In this document: positions 45,101-54,130 of the stretch, one piece after another
Layout of the letters: each line of letters begins with the position of its first letter
Position numbering within the stretch: the first letter of the stretch is position 1
From: a virus
IMG/VR virus record: IMGVR_UViG_3300025168_009799
Coordinates: 1 to 64,000 of that record
Strand: one strand, 5' to 3'
DNA: 64,000 nucleotides
The notes under the pieces: model-generated
What the model was told of the DNA's origin: nothing
Database searches by the model: none
Seen by the model: the letters and a program-made list of their open reading frames with translations, nothing else
Position numbers and translations under genes: made by a program

Positions 45101-47524
45101 AAAAATATTAGACCTGTAAGTTATTTAAGTCTTGTACATTATACCAGGAACCAAGTATTTTCTACTATGCATAATTTAGGGGTTGTACATAATACTGCCC
45201 ACTGTGCTATGGAATTTATTCCATCTGAAGAAAATAGAATGATTAGAAATAGGGCTATTACTTATCAGGGAGCCGCTGATTTAATAGGAGCTAAAGGACT
45301 AGGATTTACACAAGAAGATATTATAGGTAGTGGATTTGATAATGAAGCTATGGGTAAAACAAATGCTGGTTATACTTCTATAACTTGTCAAATTTCTCCG
45401 AATGGTACAGAAAATTCTGGGTCCGAAATTTATTTTACACATCCTTCTACGGGCCAGTGTAAAGGTTGGGAAGAACATCCAAGTTATAATCAGGATTGGT
45501 TAGCTTACAATACATGGAGTTTTGATCCTTATACTAGAAATTATCCAATGATGTTTTCACAAACGCTTCAAGCAAATGGTGCTGAATCTATGACTCCAAT
45601 AGTTAATCTATCTAGTTTAAAATATAATGTTTATTCAAGATGGAATACGCAAAAATTAATTCAGACTGGATATTATTGCCCTATAGATAATTTTGATCCT
45701 AGAAATCCTACAGCTACATTTAGTACGAAAGATATTTATCCAGACGGTATATTTGGAGGAGACACATTTATATGTAGAGTTGGGTATAGAGCAGGACATA
45801 TGGATAATTATGGAGAGGCATACGCAAGAACTACCGGTTCTAATGTTATTAGAACTAACATCTACTCTTCTTTTTCTGCTTCACATAAGAGAGATAATCC
45901 ACCTCCTTTACAATATAAGGCATTATACTGTACTATGGCTGAAAGTACGGATAATATCAATTTTAGATATGAGCATTATGATAACTCTAATAACTTATAT
46001 AAAGCTTGGCCTGCAAGTTCTGCCCAAGCGGTAGTGAATCAGCCTTTAACTTTTGATTTAAATAATCAAGTAGGACATGCTTATGATGAAGTTTATTCAG
46101 CAGATAATGATGTAAGGTATGCGATAGCGTTTCCATTTATAGATGATACAATGGATAAGTTCCCAAACAGAATTATCAAATCAAATGTTGATGCTCAAAC
46201 TAAAATAGACGCTAATAGAGTATTCTTAGCGAATGATTATAAAGATATTAGTACTAGTAAAGGTCCTATTAATGAGCTTTTAAATTTATCTAATTTGTTA
46301 TATATACATTGTGATAGAAGTTTATTTGCAACTAAAGGTAAACAGACGGTTCAGCTTACTGATACTTCAGAAGCATTTATTGGAAGTGGTGATATTTTTC
46401 AACAAGAGCCTCAAGAAGTAATATCTGTTGATCATGGATATGGAGGAAGACAATCTATTTTTGGAGGAGTCTCTACACGTTATGGATATTTCTTTATGGA
46501 TAAAGAAGCTGGAAAAGTATTTCAGTTTGATGGAGAGTTAAATGAGATTAGTAAATTAGGATTAGAAAAAACATTTAAGGAATTAGCAGGAAGTCCTTTA
46601 TCTGTTTATGGAGTTCCAGCAGATAGTCCTCTTAGGGGCTTTGGAGTTTCTTTAGGATGGGATCCTAAATATGATAGACTTTTAGTTACTATAAATACCG
46701 TGTCTCCTACTGCAACATTTCTTACTGGCATATCATATAATGGACCTCTTGGTCCTAATAATGGAGACGGCGCTATAGCCTATTATCCTCCCACTGGGTA
46801 CTTTCGTGTATTTAGGAATGATGGTGGAGTTCCTAATTGGATTACTTTAGAATATTCTAATACTGGATATTTTAATCAAGATCATATAACAATCTCTTAT
46901 TATCCAGAATTTAAAATGTGGGGATCTTTTCATGATTACCATCCTTTTATGTATTTTAATAACTACACAAAATTCTTTAGTCATCCTGGAGTATCTGGAT
47001 CGTTCTTTGATCATTTAGCTGATACTATCCCTGGAAACTTTTATGCAGGACAAACACCTGCTGTTCAAGGAATATTTGAGTTTGAATATGTAGTTAATCC
47101 ACAACCAGAACAGAGTAAATTATTTTATAATGTGCATTATGATGTACAAGTAAAAAATTCAGCAAATAATCCTGAACATGATTCTGGATTTGACAGTTAT
47201 TATGTTTATAATTCTAAACAAATCTGTCAGGAGACACAAATTTTACACTTAGTAAATGCTAGAGTTGTAGACACTTCTGTTATATTAAATCAGTTGAGAG
47301 ATGATACTGATTTTACTACTGGAAATCTACCAAATTTTACCATGTTTACTAATAATTTAACTGGAGCTATAAACAATTCTTATATAGATGCAGCCAAAAC
47401 AGATCTTAATCGTAGTCGTTTTGTAGATAAATATTTAATTATACGATTAAAATATAGTAATTCTACAAATAATTTATTAAATTTGTACTCTGCAAATGCA
47501 GGGTATCGTCAAAATCACAGATAA
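42161..47524 (+). CDS. Tail stabilisation / muzzle protein
   Basis: 1787 aa; KGINRD...YRFANNA...NESGT, YWTDNNN.P, YTREEVYAFYI, GGDTFI, WGSFHDYHP. Confidence 0.8.
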   Translation: MKYLKGINRDVGPTAQPEGTYRFANNAVLKKDYGAIANESGTNEFPSTVYIIGECSLDNGDFILFEADQDPTGDHYINRYDKNGVFLNTVLHRNDLNFSTLFPIKAVSKRVADEYIVYWTDNNNKPAVLNIARQETANTTVPFNDSLIYGSIIKDINNLSLMSYSGSVPVITSATVEEGGNLQTGTYYLALAYMGLDRVTTNYVTISNAVYVPGSKDTYAWTNIVGSPSGIPSNKQIVFHVGNLNTTFEFLQPVILRRAGGGYDAFKLTVQTIEAAVDIVTFSGSENYSTASPAEVIIDYPVYDKAKALEIVDSVLYLGNLEGSLDVGYQPYANAIELEATTKIIHNYEDIDFVESTLEDNVVKPLNKNSYRHAHMSYMYKGYTREEVYAFYIVWVLKDGRETYGYHIPGRTSSNNDNELDLVTNPTTVLEKQVPNVFNFHMNSWIDNSNYVNNMGYWENQDERYPISDNYETLDVSVVGNPIASSKPDLAGEAVRHHHFPSNNTCDDNTNDLNPIISNSVSSSFTTGVDIVDEVAPVNWNYAADPTNIDVRDSFGQTPPMGNRIEISTLDGLIFFEPRNIADDATGATPYYSGPQLPPGSSTDWGTRLAGQDWIEFFDWQTGNASPTADETNFLNAMNAVGPFHYGGLSGSTPPGSGPLQCNSFVHGWTDPYGFMYSAPGTTPAQIVANPQPHHWALNALGSASWCAPGAWGVHTQGFAYKPGVNDHNTCSWGGGTMNGLWPYGVPSCPVVSAPPCACGSPTSGTPYHGRKEKAIYYKQWYNGPMPNYLQYDISFKIRWVGSGVAQTSTTYTSPGPAPSDLNILGFHLNNVKVPSDIADTVQGFRVYRAERDWKNKRVWGQSPAISMRAVGGYDPNQGGGSNVGVVSPWPKDETQTDFIPSAAGGNTMLPYKTSGSPPKGAEYGDMRTVWVRTANPESLEQTYQSDKGNPTFFGDPAQYDIKYPNAGFALYDFTLLRQLKNIRPVSYLSLVHYTRNQVFSTMHNLGVVHNTAHCAMEFIPSEENRMIRNRAITYQGAADLIGAKGLGFTQEDIIGSGFDNEAMGKTNAGYTSITCQISPNGTENSGSEIYFTHPSTGQCKGWEEHPSYNQDWLAYNTWSFDPYTRNYPMMFSQTLQANGAESMTPIVNLSSLKYNVYSRWNTQKLIQTGYYCPIDNFDPRNPTATFSTKDIYPDGIFGGDTFICRVGYRAGHMDNYGEAYARTTGSNVIRTNIYSSFSASHKRDNPPPLQYKALYCTMAESTDNINFRYEHYDNSNNLYKAWPASSAQAVVNQPLTFDLNNQVGHAYDEVYSADNDVRYAIAFPFIDDTMDKFPNRIIKSNVDAQTKIDANRVFLANDYKDISTSKGPINELLNLSNLLYIHCDRSLFATKGKQTVQLTDTSEAFIGSGDIFQQEPQEVISVDHGYGGRQSIFGGVSTRYGYFFMDKEAGKVFQFDGELNEISKLGLEKTFKELAGSPLSVYGVPADSPLRGFGVSLGWDPKYDRLLVTINTVSPTATFLTGISYNGPLGPNNGDGAIAYYPPTGYFRVFRNDGGVPNWITLEYSNTGYFNQDHITISYYPEFKMWGSFHDYHPFMYFNNYTKFFSHPGVSGSFFDHLADTIPGNFYAGQTPAVQGIFEFEYVVNPQPEQSKLFYNVHYDVQVKNSANNPEHDSGFDSYYVYNSKQICQETQILHLVNARVVDTSVILNQLRDDTDFTTGNLPNFTMFTNNLTGAINNSYIDAAKTDLNRSRFVDKYLIIRLKYSNSTNNLLNLYSANAGYRQNHR

Positions 47525-47525
47525 T

Positions 47526-48902
47526 ATGAAAACAAAAAACTTTAAATATGAAAAAGGAGGCGCAGGTGCAAGCATGTCTAGATATAAGAAACCTAAAAAA
47601 TATCAGACTGCTGGAGTATATGGCCAATCTCAACTAAATCTAAACCCTAATAACGCTGGTACTCAACAGTTTAGGTATACTTCTCAAGATCCCAATGCTA
47701 TGGCTCTTGCACAACAAGGAGCCGATCAAGCAGGTCAAGACTATGATCAAGGTATCCAAGAGCATGATATGCAAATGGAGCTAGACGCAAAGAAATCTCA
47801 GATGGCTAATACAGCTGTTGGTACTGGATTAACCTTGGCAAATAAAGGAAATATGACAGCTAATTTTGCTGCTCAGAAGGCTTTTAAACAGCAAGTTTCT
47901 GATCAAATGGCTACAGGAATGTCAAAAAAGATGGCAACTGACGCTGTACTACAAAGCGGTGCAACAAAACCAATGGCTCAAGGACTATTAGGTACAGGAA
48001 CAGCTACAGTAGGTATGTCTAATGCTATTAATGTAGGTTCTTTAATTGGATCTGTAGGAGGAAACTACTTAGAAGGAGCTTGGTCAGATGATGATGCTAC
48101 TACTTATACTACAAAAGAAGGTATAGCAGGAGCTATAAAGACTGGATCTACTTGGGCTGGATACGGTAATATGATATTACCAGGAGTAGGAGGACTAGTT
48201 GGAGGTGTAGCAGGAGTTGTGTCTAGTATCTTTACTGGTAAAAGTAAAGCAAGAAAAGCTAAAAAAGAGCGTAAAAGACTAGAACGAGAGTTTAAAGATA
48301 GACAAGGGCAATTTACGCAGAGGATAGGACAACTTAGATCTCAGGGTCAGCAGCAAGTTGGAGCTATGATGGGTAATAAATTAGGAGGTCCTAGACAATA
48401 CGCTCATGGAGGACGTAGATTATATGGAAATGGAGGACCACCAATGGTATATGGAAAGGGAGGAATGCAAATGGTATATGGAGATGGAGGACCCCCAATT
48501 GATCCACCACCAATGGAGCAAGATACCACTCGTGTTGAATTAACAGCACAGCAAGAATATCAGCGATGGTTAGAAATGCAAAGACAGTTAGAGATGCAAA
48601 AATATATGGAATCAACAATGAGGCAGACTGCTGATAACGAAAGGCTAATGCCAATGCCAATGCCTCCTCCTGCTGCCGCAGATAATACTTATGTACCACC
48701 ATCAGCTGAGGAGTTAATGGAGCTGCAAAAGTTGTATCAGATGCAAAAGACGACGGGTCAGTCAGGTAAGATGCAACTTGGAGGAATTCAAGCTATACCT
48801 GAAGAACAAATGGTTACAATGCAGCAATATCAACAACCTATGCAAGGTATGCAACCAATGAATACTATGCCTTTTCTTAGAGGAGGATTTAAAAGATATT
48901 AA
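47526..48902 (+). CDS. Gly/Gln/Met-rich cargo (ejection/pilot-like) protein
   Basis: ATG at 47526 preferred; glycine-zipper ILPGVGGLVGGVAGVVS followed by a basic coiled coil; many xxGG motifs; no Cys. Confidence 0.7.
   Translation: MKTKNFKYEKGGAGASMSRYKKPKKYQTAGVYGQSQLNLNPNNAGTQQFRYTSQDPNAMALAQQGADQAGQDYDQGIQEHDMQMELDAKKSQMANTAVGTGLTLANKGNMTANFAAQKAFKQQVSDQMATGMSKKMATDAVLQSGATKPMAQGLLGTGTATVGMSNAINVGSLIGSVGGNYLEGAWSDDDATTYTTKEGIAGAIKTGSTWAGYGNMILPGVGGLVGGVAGVVSSIFTGKSKARKAKKERKRLEREFKDRQGQFTQRIGQLRSQGQQQVGAMMGNKLGGPRQYAHGGRRLYGNGGPPMVYGKGGMQMVYGDGGPPIDPPPMEQDTTRVELTAQQEYQRWLEMQRQLEMQKYMESTMRQTADNERLMPMPMPPPAAADNTYVPPSAEELMELQKLYQMQKTTGQSGKMQLGGIQAIPEEQMVTMQQYQQPMQGMQPMNTMPFLRGGFKRY
48421..48501 (+). 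repeat. Three 27-bp in-frame tandem repeats encoding Y-G-x-G-G units
   Basis: TATATGGAAATGGAGGACCACCAATGG / TATATGGAAAGGGAGGAATGCAAATGG / TATATGGAGATGGAGGACCCCCAATTG. Confidence 0.9.
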
Positions 48903-48903
48903 T

Positions 48904-51528
48904 ATGAATACTAAAGCATTACTAAAAATACTAGAGAAAAGACTTAAAGAGAAAGAAGTTACTAAACTTCCTGGAGGAGAAATGAAAACGATTCCTGGTT
49001 CAGACGCTGTAGAGTTTAAAGGACAATCACATGAGCAGGGGGGTATTAAATTAGACAAACTTACTGAAGTAGAAGGAGGAGAAACTATGGATAAAGTAGT
49101 TTTAAAAGATGGTGTTCCTAATGACTATTTCTTTTCAAAACATTTAAAACATAACGGTAAGAGCTTTGCTCAATTACATAAAGAGATTTTAAAGTTTGGA
49201 GGTGCAAAATCACAGCAAAAGATTCAAAATTTAGCTAGGCTTCAAGAGCAGAGAGCGGGCCGAGATGTGAATATAGTTTTAGGTGATAAAGTTATGTATG
49301 GTAATGATGCAGGAAAGTATATGAGTAATTATGTAGCACGAAAAGGAGGAGTAAGAAAATACCATATGGGAGGTAAAAAAGAACATGGGGTGAATACACC
49401 TATGCCTCTACTTCAACACACGCATACAAGTTATAATAAGAATCAGACAGACACAGAATGGGAAGAAGGGTCATCTCTTTATAATGGAGAATCAGCAACA
49501 GAATCTATTATTCTTTCTAGACCGGTATCTATAGATGATTTACAAAAGTTTTCAGAGGCAGAACTAAATGAATTTATAGAAAAGGAAGGTAAGTGGGTTC
49601 CAAAAAGATTTGAAGCAAAGTACCCAGAACTTACTCAAAAAATATTAGACGGAAAAAGAAAAGCTCGACAGGATGCAATAGACTATAATTTTAATCAGGA
49701 TATGCAAAGAACTCAAGCAATGAGTGTAGCGCAAACAGATAATACTACAGTGGTTAATAATCAACTTTATCCGGATGGTCAGGGTGGTTATACTAGCATG
49801 AATGACGACTATGAGGAGCCGTCTTATAATCATATAGAAATTCCTCATCAAAATGTAGATCTAGATTACAATCCACTGCAAAATGCTACTCTTGTACTAA
49901 AGAATGCTCAAATTAGAAATAATAATATTAATAATAAGAATAATACTACAAAAAAGAAAAATTCTGGAAGTGGAAGTGGGAGCGGAAGTGGAAGTGGAAG
50001 TGGAAGTAATAATAACTCTACTAAGAAACAGGATTATAAATATACAGGATTTGAGAATAGAGCTGATGGTAATAGATTTAGAAACTGGTTAAATTTAAAT
50101 TATCCAGAATTTGCTTCAGAAATTGATTTAGATAAAAAAGGAAGTCATACTAATAAGTATATTAAAAAGGGTTTAGAAAAATATGGAGATGAGTATACTG
50201 CATATTTATCTAACGAAGATAATTATGGAGGAGATACTTTTGATGTAGATGAAAATAGAGACGGAGATGATCTTAAGGTTAATCAGTTTGGATATACTCA
50301 AGACGAGTGGTATAACTTACCTATGGCAGAAAAAAATGCATACTTCGCTGGAATAGATAATGAAAGGGTTGCAGAAGATGAAAACTATATAGAAGATGCT
50401 AATAAAGCTTACCACTTAGATAAGTTTGATCAACAATCTAATTTATCTAATGATTGGGTAGACGTTGTAATGAAAGACGGTAGAAAAGTTAGAGTCCCTC
50501 GAGATAAGAAAGATGCTTATGTAGGTAATGATAATTATGATGAGGCTGCTTCACATTGGACTGATAACTTATCACAAAGAGAATCGGTCACTGGATTAGG
50601 TGAAGGGAGTTACACAGATGACGAAGGAAACTTGTGGGAGAAAGACAAAGCAGGTAGATGGAGAGTGAAGTATTCAAAACCAGGTACTGAGTTTGGAGAC
50701 GATGAAAAAGTTTTAGATGATGACTGGACAACACTGGAAGCTAGAAATTATCCAGGAGAAATGAATTTAACTCCTATGGGAGATCAAACTGATGGTACAA
50801 ATGATAAAAAGGGTAAAAATAGTATGTGGCAAAAAACTAAAAACTTTGTTGGTAATACAGATATAAAAGGTTTATTAGTTGATTTAGCACAATTCTTACC
50901 AGTACATATGGCAATGAAAGATAAGCCAGGGCATATGAAACAATATGCTCCAATGCCTGAAGTAAGACTAAATAGAGTTAAATTTAATGAAGCTAGATCT
51001 AAGAACTCTGCAGATTTTAATGCATTAAATTTAGGTATAGATAATGCAGGACATGATCCTAGTTCTTTTGCTAAAAAGATGGCCTTATATGGTAAATCAC
51101 AACAAGCTGATTTAGCTATTGATGGGACAGAAGCTAGAGAGAATGCAAAAATAGACGCAGCTGAAGCAGGAACAAACGTCGGTATTAGATCAGAAAATCT
51201 TAAAAATAGATTATATGTAGACGAGTTTAACTTGGCTTCTGACTCTGCTACATTTGATAGAAAGTTAAATGCTATGAGCTCAGCAGTTCAGAATTTAGGA
51301 TTGCTAAGAGAAAGAGCGTTACAATATAAAGGACAAAAATTAATGGCGGATGCTGTTGGTAGAGACGGTATTAATACAAGACAAAACTTACGTGGAGACA
51401 TGTTAACTAAATATTCACATAGAACTATTAATGGTATGAAATTCTCTGAGATGAATGACGCTGATCAAAGTTCTTTTATTGCTAATGTAACTAACAATAA
51501 TCTGAATGTAATGGATTTGTTCGATTGA
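48904..51528 (+). CDS. Cargo protein with HExGG/EVEGGE module and possible peptidoglycan-binding-like segment
   Basis: 874 aa, no Cys; GQSHEQGGI...EVEGGET; (SG)n linker; GNRFRNWLNLNYP...LDKKG. Confidence 0.7.
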   Translation: MNTKALLKILEKRLKEKEVTKLPGGEMKTIPGSDAVEFKGQSHEQGGIKLDKLTEVEGGETMDKVVLKDGVPNDYFFSKHLKHNGKSFAQLHKEILKFGGAKSQQKIQNLARLQEQRAGRDVNIVLGDKVMYGNDAGKYMSNYVARKGGVRKYHMGGKKEHGVNTPMPLLQHTHTSYNKNQTDTEWEEGSSLYNGESATESIILSRPVSIDDLQKFSEAELNEFIEKEGKWVPKRFEAKYPELTQKILDGKRKARQDAIDYNFNQDMQRTQAMSVAQTDNTTVVNNQLYPDGQGGYTSMNDDYEEPSYNHIEIPHQNVDLDYNPLQNATLVLKNAQIRNNNINNKNNTTKKKNSGSGSGSGSGSGSGSNNNSTKKQDYKYTGFENRADGNRFRNWLNLNYPEFASEIDLDKKGSHTNKYIKKGLEKYGDEYTAYLSNEDNYGGDTFDVDENRDGDDLKVNQFGYTQDEWYNLPMAEKNAYFAGIDNERVAEDENYIEDANKAYHLDKFDQQSNLSNDWVDVVMKDGRKVRVPRDKKDAYVGNDNYDEAASHWTDNLSQRESVTGLGEGSYTDDEGNLWEKDKAGRWRVKYSKPGTEFGDDEKVLDDDWTTLEARNYPGEMNLTPMGDQTDGTNDKKGKNSMWQKTKNFVGNTDIKGLLVDLAQFLPVHMAMKDKPGHMKQYAPMPEVRLNRVKFNEARSKNSADFNALNLGIDNAGHDPSSFAKKMALYGKSQQADLAIDGTEARENAKIDAAEAGTNVGIRSENLKNRLYVDEFNLASDSATFDRKLNAMSSAVQNLGLLRERALQYKGQKLMADAVGRDGINTRQNLRGDMLTKYSHRTINGMKFSEMNDADQSSFIANVTNNNLNVMDLFD
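49963..50007 (+). repeat. GGAAGT hexamer run encoding an (SG)n linker
   Basis: tctggaagtggaagtgggagcggaagtggaagtggaagtggaagt. Confidence 0.9.
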
Positions 51529-51542
51529 TAAAATAATTAAAT

Positions 51543-54125
51543 ATGGCAACTAAATATAGTAAAATAGGTATAGTAAAACCTTATGTTCCTCGATTTGTAG
51601 ATGACGGGTCTGTAAAGATAAACACGTTATTATCAGAAAGATATGACAATGCAATTGCAAATGAAAGTCTTTTAGAAGACGCTTATAATCAAATGCAAGT
51701 GGCAGACTTTGAGGGCGATCAAGAACTAGCAGGAGAACTAAGAACTAGAGTAGATAAAGAATTAAATTCATATAAAAGCCGAGGTGATTATGAAAATTTA
51801 GGTAGAGCAGTAAACAGGTCTGTTCAAAATTTTAAAACAGATTATAAACCTTTAATGGATAATTATAGTGCTTGGTCTGGATATAAACAAGAGTTACAAG
51901 GAAGAGAAGATTTAACTCCAGCTCAGAAAAGTAAACGAGTACAAGCTGCTAAAGACGTGTATAGTAAAACTGATGGTTTAAAAAAAGATAAAGACACTGG
52001 TTTATGGGAAGGATTCTTTAGTGGTAGACAATGGGCTAAAGGGTTAGAGCTTACAGAAATGGCTGGTGATATTGCTAAAGATTTAAAAACAGAGTTAGTA
52101 GCTAGCGAAGGTTTTACAGAAGACCCTGCTACAGGCATTCTTATGAAAGTAGGTACTAGTAATGAATACTTAACTCCTCAGATGATTTATGATAGAGCTA
52201 TGATTATGTTATCTGGTAGAGAAGATGTTAAAGCATTCTTACAAGATGAAGCATATATAACTTCTTCAGAATATACTCCAGATATGAAAGATGCTTTTGA
52301 AGGAGAGTCTTTAACAGACTTTAATAGCACAGTAGCACAATTAATGGAGAATGGAACATTTGAAGATCAGACTGAAGCAGAGGCAGCTGTATACGGACAA
52401 TTAGCTTCACAAGGAATGTTAGACACAGCACTAAGAGCTGCAGGTGAGGTATACCAAGTTAAGAAGTTTAAACAAAGTATAGACGCACTTCCAGAATATA
52501 TGCAATATGCTCATAATAGTAAATACGCTCAAAGTAGAAATGTTATCTCAGCTACTACAATATCTCAAGATGAATTTGTAGATTTAGGATTAATACAAGC
52601 TGCTAATAGTGAGTCTATGGATTTAGCGGAGAATACAGGAAATATTTTAAATTTAGCATTAGAGGAGTTTGGAAAAGATACAGGCTTAGATGCAGGTACT
52701 GCTAGATTAGTTTTAGAGAATTATAATCAACTAATGATGAGTAATCCTGAGTATACTACAGCGCCTCCAGAGGAGATAGCTGGAGTTATAGGAGTTACAC
52801 CTCAACAAGTGTATCGTATACAAGAGTATGCTCCAGACATAAATAGATTGATTAATGATCACGCAACGTATCAAAAAAATGCATCTCAAGGTAGTAACTA
52901 TCAAAATGAGTTATTTACTTTAGCTAAAGAGAATGGATTTGATATAGACGGTTACATACAAGAAATGTGGGACAGTACACCATCTACTTGGACATCAAAT
53001 GTGTTTGGAGAATCGAACAGTAGTGGTTTTGATATGCGTAAAGCAGAAGGAGCTGATATAGGGTGGTTAGGTACATCTATGCCTTGGAACTGGGACGAGT
53101 TAGAAAAGATGGAGTATGAAGATTTTAGAGAAATAGTTCTAACTGGAAAGTTACAAGATGGTCATGATTTAGGAGATGGAGGGTGGAATGAAGGAGACTT
53201 AGGTATGCTTAATCAGAAACTAACTACAGGTGAGGGAGTTGCTAGAGATATTAGATATAGATTAATGAATAAAGTTAATGAGATAGTACAAGCTAATCCA
53301 GACGCTTTATCAGGATCTGTGATTACTAATGCAGATAAGAAATCTCCTCTTAATAAACTTAATGTAGATATAACTACAGCTTTTAATGCTAATAAAAATG
53401 GATATACAGTTAAAGATATATACGGTAAAGATATTACTTTTGCAGATCACTTAGTAGAGAATGGAGTATTAAACGATTATGGAGATATTAATAAGTGGGA
53501 TATGGAAGAAGCATGGCCTGCTACTGGAGGATTTGTAAGTGATAATCCTTTAATGATGGTAAAGCTGAAAAATAATGAGAATGGAGAAACCATGACTACT
53601 ACTATGCCTATGCAGCAATTACAAACTGAAACTTATAAAAGTGCAATGATTACAGCATTAGATCATGAGAGTAATCCTGTAAGCAGACAACGTATGTTAC
53701 AATCTTATGGACATAACATGGTTAATGTAGGAGGACAAAATGATTTTAATAATAGTAATAAATTAAATATTAGTACTTTCTTTAATAGCGCTTTTCAACC
53801 AGATGTAGGAATTCAAAATGAAGTGGGCGTAACTTCTGAGCGAGCTTTAAAAATTGATTTACCTATATTTAATGGTGGAGCAAGTTTAAGAGTAGGTAAA
53901 AGGAAAATGCAATCAGGTCAGATGTATTATGATATTAAGGTAGCAGATCATAATACGGGAGAGTTTTATGATCTAGGAGATCAAAGTGCTTTAGGCCCGG
54001 AAATAGTACAGTCATTACAGATGTTAGATAATAGACTATTAAGTAAGTCGTATAACAATGAAGCAATGTTATATGAGTTAGTTGGAGCATTAAATTATAT
54101 TTCTGATAAAGGAATAATTAGATAA
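51543..54125 (+). CDS. Cargo / ejection protein
   Basis: 860 aa, no Cys; N-terminal PYVPRFV then a helical region; precedes the giant cargo genes. Confidence 0.7.
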   Translation: MATKYSKIGIVKPYVPRFVDDGSVKINTLLSERYDNAIANESLLEDAYNQMQVADFEGDQELAGELRTRVDKELNSYKSRGDYENLGRAVNRSVQNFKTDYKPLMDNYSAWSGYKQELQGREDLTPAQKSKRVQAAKDVYSKTDGLKKDKDTGLWEGFFSGRQWAKGLELTEMAGDIAKDLKTELVASEGFTEDPATGILMKVGTSNEYLTPQMIYDRAMIMLSGREDVKAFLQDEAYITSSEYTPDMKDAFEGESLTDFNSTVAQLMENGTFEDQTEAEAAVYGQLASQGMLDTALRAAGEVYQVKKFKQSIDALPEYMQYAHNSKYAQSRNVISATTISQDEFVDLGLIQAANSESMDLAENTGNILNLALEEFGKDTGLDAGTARLVLENYNQLMMSNPEYTTAPPEEIAGVIGVTPQQVYRIQEYAPDINRLINDHATYQKNASQGSNYQNELFTLAKENGFDIDGYIQEMWDSTPSTWTSNVFGESNSSGFDMRKAEGADIGWLGTSMPWNWDELEKMEYEDFREIVLTGKLQDGHDLGDGGWNEGDLGMLNQKLTTGEGVARDIRYRLMNKVNEIVQANPDALSGSVITNADKKSPLNKLNVDITTAFNANKNGYTVKDIYGKDITFADHLVENGVLNDYGDINKWDMEEAWPATGGFVSDNPLMMVKLKNNENGETMTTTMPMQQLQTETYKSAMITALDHESNPVSRQRMLQSYGHNMVNVGGQNDFNNSNKLNISTFFNSAFQPDVGIQNEVGVTSERALKIDLPIFNGGASLRVGKRKMQSGQMYYDIKVADHNTGEFYDLGDQSALGPEIVQSLQMLDNRLLSKSYNNEAMLYELVGALNYISDKGIIR

Positions 54126-54130
54126 TAGAT

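Noticed and set aside
48874-48890. Ubiquitin-like protein (LRGG)
   Set aside because: The upstream sequence is low-complexity Gln/Met/Pro, not a beta-grasp fold; counted only as an instance of the xxGG motif
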